Source of the DNA: Escherichia phage slur01
Strand: one strand, 5' to 3'
Sequence record: NC_028831.1
DNA: 61,235 nt
Part shown: positions 55,886 to 61,235 of the stretch, piece after piece
How the letters are laid out: each line of letters begins with the position of its first letter
How positions within the stretch are numbered: the first letter of the stretch is position 1
Translations under genes and position numbers: made by a program
The notes under the pieces: generated by a model
What the model saw: the letters and a program-made list of their open reading frames with translations, nothing else
Database searches by the model: none
What the model was told of the DNA's origin: nothing

Positions 55886-56592
55886 TATTCCACTCCGATA
55901 TATTTGTGAACCTGAAGCTGCAACGTGTAACCGTGTTTCATACAGCTTTGGACAACGGCTTGGATATTACTGTGGTTAAGGTCTTCATCCTGCTCGTCCA
56001 TTGGCTGTAAATATATCTTACCCTTGAAACCCTTCGGAGGTCTAGCGATAAATGGCGTAGCTTGATGATCTAATGCCTGAAGCGGCAAACCATCTTCCAC
56101 GTTTACACAGCACGCTTTAAGTACATATTTAAATGCATTAGCGCGGCGCAGCACAGAAGGATGAATCTTTGAGGTCTTGGGACTACATACAATTACAGGT
56201 AACTGGGAAAAGTTCTTAGGTAAAGGCATAGACCCATTAGTTTCAATTTGCACCAAATACCCGCGCGATAACAGTTGTTCAATAAACGGGTTAATTTGCT
56301 GACGGAACGGTTCACCCCCAGTGATAACCACAAGTGAGGTGCTATTACCTGATTCCAGCTTACGGCTTTCGATTAAACGCATAATATCGACAATATGATA
56401 AAGACTACGACCAACAGTATAATCCGTATCACAGCCAGGACATTGCAGGTTGCACCCAGCAAGACGCACAAATACAGCAGGTTGTCCGCAGAATGGACCT
56501 TCACCCTGAATGGTAGAGAATACCGAATGCACGTCTAAATACATATCGTTTTCTTTAGAACGAGACTCGGGAGCTTGTTGATTAATATTCAT
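55885..56592 (-). CDS. queE: 7-carboxy-7-deazaguanine synthase (radical SAM)
   Basis: Radical-SAM cluster motif CNLQCPGC; 235 aa; coupled to the downstream gene. Confidence 0.85.
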   Translation of the reverse strand: MNINQQAPESRSKENDMYLDVHSVFSTIQGEGPFCGQPAVFVRLAGCNLQCPGCDTDYTVGRSLYHIVDIMRLIESRKLESGNSTSLVVITGGEPFRQQINPFIEQLLSRGYLVQIETNGSMPLPKNFSQLPVIVCSPKTSKIHPSVLRRANAFKYVLKACCVNVEDGLPLQALDHQATPFIARPPKGFKGKIYLQPMDEQDEDLNHSNIQAVVQSCMKHGYTLQLQVHKYIGVE

Positions 56593-56606
56593 CTTAAATC
56601 CTCTAG

Positions 56607-56634
56607 TGAAAAAGAAAGCGCCTCATTGGGCGCT
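56607..56634 (-). terminator. Rho-independent terminator (minus strand)
   Basis: AAGCGCC-TCATT-GGCGCTT hairpin followed by CTTTTTC on the minus strand. Confidence 0.6.
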
Positions 56635-56661
56635 TTCATTATAACGTGATATGTTTTGATA

Positions 56662-57465
56662 TTACAAGCCGTTCAGGGCTTCCGGTACTGGCATAGGTAC
56701 GCGACCAGTTACACCATTAAACTTCTTCCAACGTGCATACTGAGTTTTAACGGTATCTTCGTTCAGACCGTGGCGACCAGCCAGATTCAGAACATAAGAG
56801 ATCGGAGCAGGCTGACCCAGCGTAGCGCTAATCTGATCCATCAGAGCCCAGGCACGACCGCAGGAAGTTTCAGGTTGTGGACGACGAACACCATTCTGTT
56901 CAGGCATACGGTTCGCTTCTTTCGCTTTTTCACGTTCAGCTTTTTCGCGGGCTTTTTCAGCAGCCTTTTCAGCCTGTTTAGCAGCGCGGATCTTGTCTTT
57001 GAAGCCTTTGATAAACGAATCCAGTTCGTCAACCATGCTCTGAGCAGCACTTACTGCACCGGACAGATCTTCATCTTTGGATTTTTTAACAACTGCTTTC
57101 AGCTCTTTCAGTTTATTCTTAAAAAGCTTCAGCTGTTCAGAACCCTGAAATTCAGCTACCGTAATCTCTTCAATAGTGCCTTTATCGGCAACATCGGATA
57201 AAACAGACCTCACGGTTTCAACTCCGCGGGAAAGAGCGGTAAATTTATTTTCCGCTACAGCACGAATTTCAGCTTGTTTCTTTTCAGCGGCAGCTTTTTT
57301 CTCTGCTTCTTTTTTCTCTTTTGCTACGCGTGCAGCTTCAGCGGCAGCGGCTTTTTTAGCTTCTGCATCGTTAGCAGTAACTTCTTTCTTTGCAGGCTTA
57401 GCAGATTTTGCAGCGGCAGCAGCGGCTGCGGCAGCAGCGGCTTTCTTATCTTCAATATTACTCAT
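56662..57465 (-). CDS. Ala/Lys-rich histone-H1-like protein with a globular C-terminal domain
   Basis: N-terminal AAAAAAAAAAKSAKPAKK and AEKKAAAEKK repeats; start re-picked at ATG with GGAG RBS. Confidence 0.55.
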   Translation of the reverse strand: MSNIEDKKAAAAAAAAAAAKSAKPAKKEVTANDAEAKKAAAAEAARVAKEKKEAEKKAAAEKKQAEIRAVAENKFTALSRGVETVRSVLSDVADKGTIEEITVAEFQGSEQLKLFKNKLKELKAVVKKSKDEDLSGAVSAAQSMVDELDSFIKGFKDKIRAAKQAEKAAEKAREKAEREKAKEANRMPEQNGVRRPQPETSCGRAWALMDQISATLGQPAPISYVLNLAGRHGLNEDTVKTQYARWKKFNGVTGRVPMPVPEALNGL

Positions 57466-57592
57466 TTTCTTCACTCCGAATTATTATGGGTTCGTTTGTT
57501 ACCAACGGGGTTAAATGTACCAAAGGATTTTGTGACACGCAACCACTTACATAAACATTTTTAAAAATATTTTTGATCAGGGTTAGAACTTA

Positions 57593-58087
57593 TTAGCTCT
57601 TCGCACCTCTGCCCGGTGTCCATGCGGCTTGCAATGCGGGTTGCTCACAAATGACCCTGGCACCGGAAATAATACCACCCTCCCGTTCAGCATCGTATTT
57701 GACACGGGCAGGTTTCCAAAGTCCTTCATCCATTGACGGTACGTATTGCCCAAGTTGAGGCGAGCAAAAGCCCTGGATATCATATTCCACACAGAATTCG
57801 GCTTGTGCGCTAATTTGGGCGTGATCCAGGATTGTTTCTGGAAGTTGCGTAAAGTAATCAGACAAAATGCGCTCAACGATTTCCCGTTCATATGGTGCAG
57901 CTCCTAAATTTTCTGTCAGGTTAATATAAAGCATTTGAAGATCAACATCTTCAAGATCTTTTAAATCGTTTACTGGTGTTACCAGTGTTGACTCCGGACA
58001 ACAGATAATTCCAAGTTGGTGTAGTGTCAACCAATTGGGATGTTTTGCCAAGAGTTCAAATTTATCTGTATCAATTAGGACGTACAT
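57593..58087 (-). CDS. hypothetical protein
   Basis: 164-aa ORF; preferred over the overlapping 57583..57891 ORF in another frame. Confidence 0.5.
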   Translation of the reverse strand: MYVLIDTDKFELLAKHPNWLTLHQLGIICCPESTLVTPVNDLKDLEDVDLQMLYINLTENLGAAPYEREIVERILSDYFTQLPETILDHAQISAQAEFCVEYDIQGFCSPQLGQYVPSMDEGLWKPARVKYDAEREGGIISGARVICEQPALQAAWTPGRGAKS

Positions 58088-58146
58088 TGCAATCCCCTAT
58101 AAATAAGTAATGCCCCAATAGTAGGGGCATTAGATGTTGAAGTCAA

Positions 58147-60123
58147 TTAGAAAGGAACGTAATCCGGATCGTCTACTTGCACAGGGTTAACCACATTGTT
58201 CACCGTTATACCTTGCGTATTCTGCGAAACAATATCGTCCCAACTTACATCATCGTTATAGCTCGGACCTTCTGTTGTTCCATCCTGACCGTATACTTTA
58301 ACCTGAATAGCTTCGTCGTCCTGTGGAGCTTCAAACTTACCGAAACAAGTACCGTCATAATCATAGTTCAATATCTCAGGCCATTTCTTATTGGTATGAA
58401 CTTTGATGTATTTTGGTGTTTTAAGCATTGCAGCAACATCAAGAGCTTCTTCAATAGTTTGTGGTAAAGGTAAATGTGTCCTTTTCTTCCACCATGCGAC
58501 AGCTTTACGACCTGCCCAGTCCCCATGAAGCAGAGCTACCCATTCACTGAATATTTTACTACCGCAATAATAAGTCACCTTCATTGTTGGAGGTTTAGAG
58601 CTGTCATTGCGTTTAGTATGCTTTGCATAAGTAACATGCGTAACTTTGAAGTCTTCAACTACTGGAATATCCTGCTTGATCAGGGCTTCCGTACTTGCAG
58701 CTTTCTTGAGTTTGGTCTGGAACTTAAACTCATGACCGCAAAAGCCTTCTTTAACGTAATCCGTCCCGCGTAGCCTAAATCCTTTCAGATATAATTGTTG
58801 AACTTGTTCCTGTGTGACGCTGTCCATTGGGATTGGTGCGAAGCCACCGCAATAGCGAGCGGATGCATGATTATACGACCCACATACATCGCATTCTTTA
58901 ACCGGAGCAGTGCCAGCACCTTTTTCGCCCGGGCGCTTGGGTTTAACAGGGTCGTTAATAGGGCCCAAACGGCGCGTATTACCGCTGAAATCCAGTACAA
59001 GGCAGTTCTGCTTGGGGCTTGCCGCAATAGCTTGTAAGCGTCCCTCCTGCGTGGAAAGATCAAAGCCCTCCGCGTACACCGGACGCGTACCGCGACCCAG
59101 CATCTGAACCCATAGCACCGCCGACGCAGTGGGACGGAGCATGATAATTAAGTCCAGCATTGGATGATCAAAACCTGTGGTTAAGACGTTATTGTTAGTT
59201 AATGCTCGAAATTCACCGCGCTTGAATTTTTCAATAATCTCGTCACGTTCTTTTGCATCAAGCTTAGAGTGAATACATCCACAGCTAATACCCATATCGT
59301 TCAGCATATCGCACGCGTCTTTAGCGTGTTCAATGCCAGAACAAAATATAAGCCAGCTTTGACGGTCTTCACCACATTCAATTGCTTCCTCAAGTGCGCG
59401 GAGTGTTGCGTCATCGCGGTTTACCGCACTTTGCAGCTCACTCTGAATAAATTCACCGCCGCGTTTACCTACCCCGTTGAGGTCTAGTTCCATCTTAGTA
59501 CGCTTTGGCACAACCGGAAGAAGATAACCTTGTTCCAGAAACCAGTTGAAGGCTTCCGGAGTAGTTGCATCAAACGTTACCTTATCAAATAACGCATCAT
59601 CGTCTTCGTTTTCCTTAACAATTGAACCATACCCCAGTCGATAAGGTGTAGCAGTAAGACCGATGATTTTTAAGTAAGGGTTAACTTCACGCAACGCTGC
59701 AAAGAACTTCTTATACATTGTTGCATCACGCGGACTAATAAGATGCGCTTCGTCCACAAAAATAAGATCAACTTTGCCGAACTTTTTCGGATGCTTAGCA
59801 ACGGACGCAATTCCTGCAAAGGTAATAAGATTGTAGACTTCTTTACGCTTCAAACCCGCGCTGTAAATACCTGCTGGCGCTTCGGGCCAGACTTTCATTA
59901 ATTTATCATAGTTTTGTGCAATTAACTCTTTGACGTGAGTTAACATCATTACGCGCTGGTTTGGATACCATTTGTAAAGCAGATCGAGGAACCCCGCGAT
60001 AACGAGCGATTTTCCTGTCCCTGTTGGTAACAGGATCAAAGGGTTCCCCGCGTTACCCTTTTCAGCATCAAAATAGCGGAATACGCTATAAACTGCTTCC
60101 TGTTGATAATCTCTTAATTTCAT
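58147..60123 (-). CDS. Superfamily-2 DEAH-box DNA helicase with C-terminal extension
   Basis: Walker A LLPTGTGKS, DEAH box FVDEAHLIS, motif III GLTATPYR, motif VI QMLGRGTR; about 250 extra C-terminal residues with Cys cluster CDVCGSYNHASARYCGG. Confidence 0.85.
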   Translation of the reverse strand: MKLRDYQQEAVYSVFRYFDAEKGNAGNPLILLPTGTGKSLVIAGFLDLLYKWYPNQRVMMLTHVKELIAQNYDKLMKVWPEAPAGIYSAGLKRKEVYNLITFAGIASVAKHPKKFGKVDLIFVDEAHLISPRDATMYKKFFAALREVNPYLKIIGLTATPYRLGYGSIVKENEDDDALFDKVTFDATTPEAFNWFLEQGYLLPVVPKRTKMELDLNGVGKRGGEFIQSELQSAVNRDDATLRALEEAIECGEDRQSWLIFCSGIEHAKDACDMLNDMGISCGCIHSKLDAKERDEIIEKFKRGEFRALTNNNVLTTGFDHPMLDLIIMLRPTASAVLWVQMLGRGTRPVYAEGFDLSTQEGRLQAIAASPKQNCLVLDFSGNTRRLGPINDPVKPKRPGEKGAGTAPVKECDVCGSYNHASARYCGGFAPIPMDSVTQEQVQQLYLKGFRLRGTDYVKEGFCGHEFKFQTKLKKAASTEALIKQDIPVVEDFKVTHVTYAKHTKRNDSSKPPTMKVTYYCGSKIFSEWVALLHGDWAGRKAVAWWKKRTHLPLPQTIEEALDVAAMLKTPKYIKVHTNKKWPEILNYDYDGTCFGKFEAPQDDEAIQVKVYGQDGTTEGPSYNDDVSWDDIVSQNTQGITVNNVVNPVQVDDPDYVPF

Positions 60124-60626
60124 AAAGGTCTCACTGTTCCATGATTCTTGTTAAACCCGTATGTAATTTCAGCCTCTTTTCTTGTCTTTATTGCGTCTTG
60201 TAGACTTTCAAAATAACCAAGATGCAGCCGAATACCGTATACATCAATTTGAGCTTTCCATTTCTTATTTGCCTTAGCCCATGTCACTCCAGGACAACCG
60301 CTCTTATTATTCGATGGTAGTTTTCTATTATGGTTGTTATGGTATTTATTACTTTTATTTAGATTAGTTTTCCAATTATGCGTACCATCACCATCATCAT
60401 GATCAATATATTCAGGTTCTTCATCATAGAGCATTTTCCAGATTATACGGTGTGCGTAATAATTAAGACCGTTCATAAAAACCATAATATAGGTTTTACC
60501 ATGATTAAAAGTAACTTCACTCCCTGCAATTTGACCGTTATGGTTCCAAAATAAGTTACCGCTATCTTCGCTATAGCTAAAAATCCTATTGAGTTCTTCT
60601 TGCGTCGGTAACGGCAACCTTTTCAT
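60120..60626 (-). CDS. HNH homing endonuclease with C-terminal AP2 domain
   Basis: HNH segment HRIIWKMLYDEEP...IDHDDGDGTHNW and AP2 segment SGCPGVTWAKANKKWKAQIDVYGIRLHLGYFESLQDA; start at ATG (track uses a TTG at 60632). Confidence 0.7.
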   Translation of the reverse strand: MKRLPLPTQEELNRIFSYSEDSGNLFWNHNGQIAGSEVTFNHGKTYIMVFMNGLNYYAHRIIWKMLYDEEPEYIDHDDGDGTHNWKTNLNKSNKYHNNHNRKLPSNNKSGCPGVTWAKANKKWKAQIDVYGIRLHLGYFESLQDAIKTRKEAEITYGFNKNHGTVRPL

Positions 60627-60628
60627 AA

Positions 60629-61235
60629 TCAATCTTTCCCGTAATAATTAGCTACTTGATAGTTTTGACAACCAACTTTCTGTCCTTGCGTATCCACTGC
60701 GGCGGAATGGAAATTGCAATACCATGTTCCATCTTCTTTTGGTTCAAGGAATTGACATGTGCGGCAGTTTACTTCCGGCATAGTTTTACGCCAGCATAGT
60801 GAGGAGTGATCGCACCATTTACATTCGAAGAAAGTGGAATCTTTAAATGCGCGGTCCGGAATATCTGTAGCAATAGCAATCTGCACACCACGATCAATAT
60901 ACATGTCCGCGGTAACAGGATCAAACGGAATAATTTCTGCGTAAACTTCATCGTCATTCTTGTTTACAGCAAGATATAACGCTGCGCCAAGACCTAGTTT
61001 TCGCATGTACACGTTCATCTGTACATAGTGCTCAGGTTTGGCTTCTTTAACACCTTTAGCTTTCAGCTTTTTAAAAGACTTATCGTTATGCGTCTTCATT
61101 TCGGTGAGCACAGGCATCCCAGGCTGCACGTCCGGACAACCTATAACCACACCATCGCAGGAACCGCCAAAGTGTCCGCCAGCTTCGCTGATACGGAACT
61201 GGTGTCCATTTTCGTCCTGCTGATAGACCTGCATA
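60629..61235 (-). CDS. 3' part of the YqaJ/lambda-Exo-like PD-(D/E)xK exonuclease (5' part at 1..429 across the junction)
   Basis: In frame with the 1..429 segment through the terminal repeat; C-terminal Cys cluster CKWC...CWRK...CRTC; total about 302 aa. Confidence 0.7.
   Translation of the reverse strand, partial: MQVYQQDENGHQFRISEAGGHFGGSCDGVVIGCPDVQPGMPVLTEMKTHNDKSFKKLKAKGVKEAKPEHYVQMNVYMRKLGLGAALYLAVNKNDDEVYAEIIPFDPVTADMYIDRGVQIAIATDIPDRAFKDSTFFECKWCDHSSLCWRKTMPEVNCRTCQFLEPKEDGTWYCNFHSAAVDTQGQKVGCQNYQVANYYGKD
61109..61235. repeat. 127-bp terminal direct repeat, identical to 1..127
   Basis: Exact identity with the first 127 bases of the window. Confidence 0.9.

Noticed and set aside
57583-57891. 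102-aa ORF overlapping 57593..58087 in another frame
   Set aside because: The longer overlapping ORF has more natural composition; the two cannot both be coding on the same strand over this length.
1-61235. CRISPR arrays, integrase/attachment sites and tRNA genes
   Set aside because: No regularly spaced repeat-spacer array, no tyrosine or serine recombinase motifs, and no obvious tRNA T-arm signature were seen on visual inspection; a tRNA scan should still be run on the 6730..7040 and 13421..13958 regions.

Overview
This window looks like an essentially complete, circularly permuted tailed-phage genome (about 61.1 kb unique; bases 1..127 are identical to 61109..61235). The gene content is that of an enterobacterial siphovirus of the 9g/Seurat type (Queuovirinae-like); that assignment is from memory of gene content, not a database search. 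Layout: a minus-strand replication/recombination block (1..13420), a plus-strand block of small early genes, three peptidase/SLOG-like genes, a lysis cassette and the full morphogenesis module (13959..45968), and a minus-strand block with DNA polymerase, a dpdA-folE-queD-queC-queE 7-deazaguanine cluster and a helicase (45999..61235). The most notable system is that deazaguanine DNA-modification module, which contains several unassigned ORFs. Other points of interest are a heptamer iteron array with an AT-rich tract, a -1 frameshift in the tail chaperone, three free-standing HNH endonucleases, an HslV-like/C39-like peptidase pair, and an antisense lipoprotein between the tail-tip and fibre genes. 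All calls come from reading the ORF translations, motifs and gene order by eye; no searches were run, and many start codons were re-picked from ribosome-binding sites rather than taken from the ORF track.
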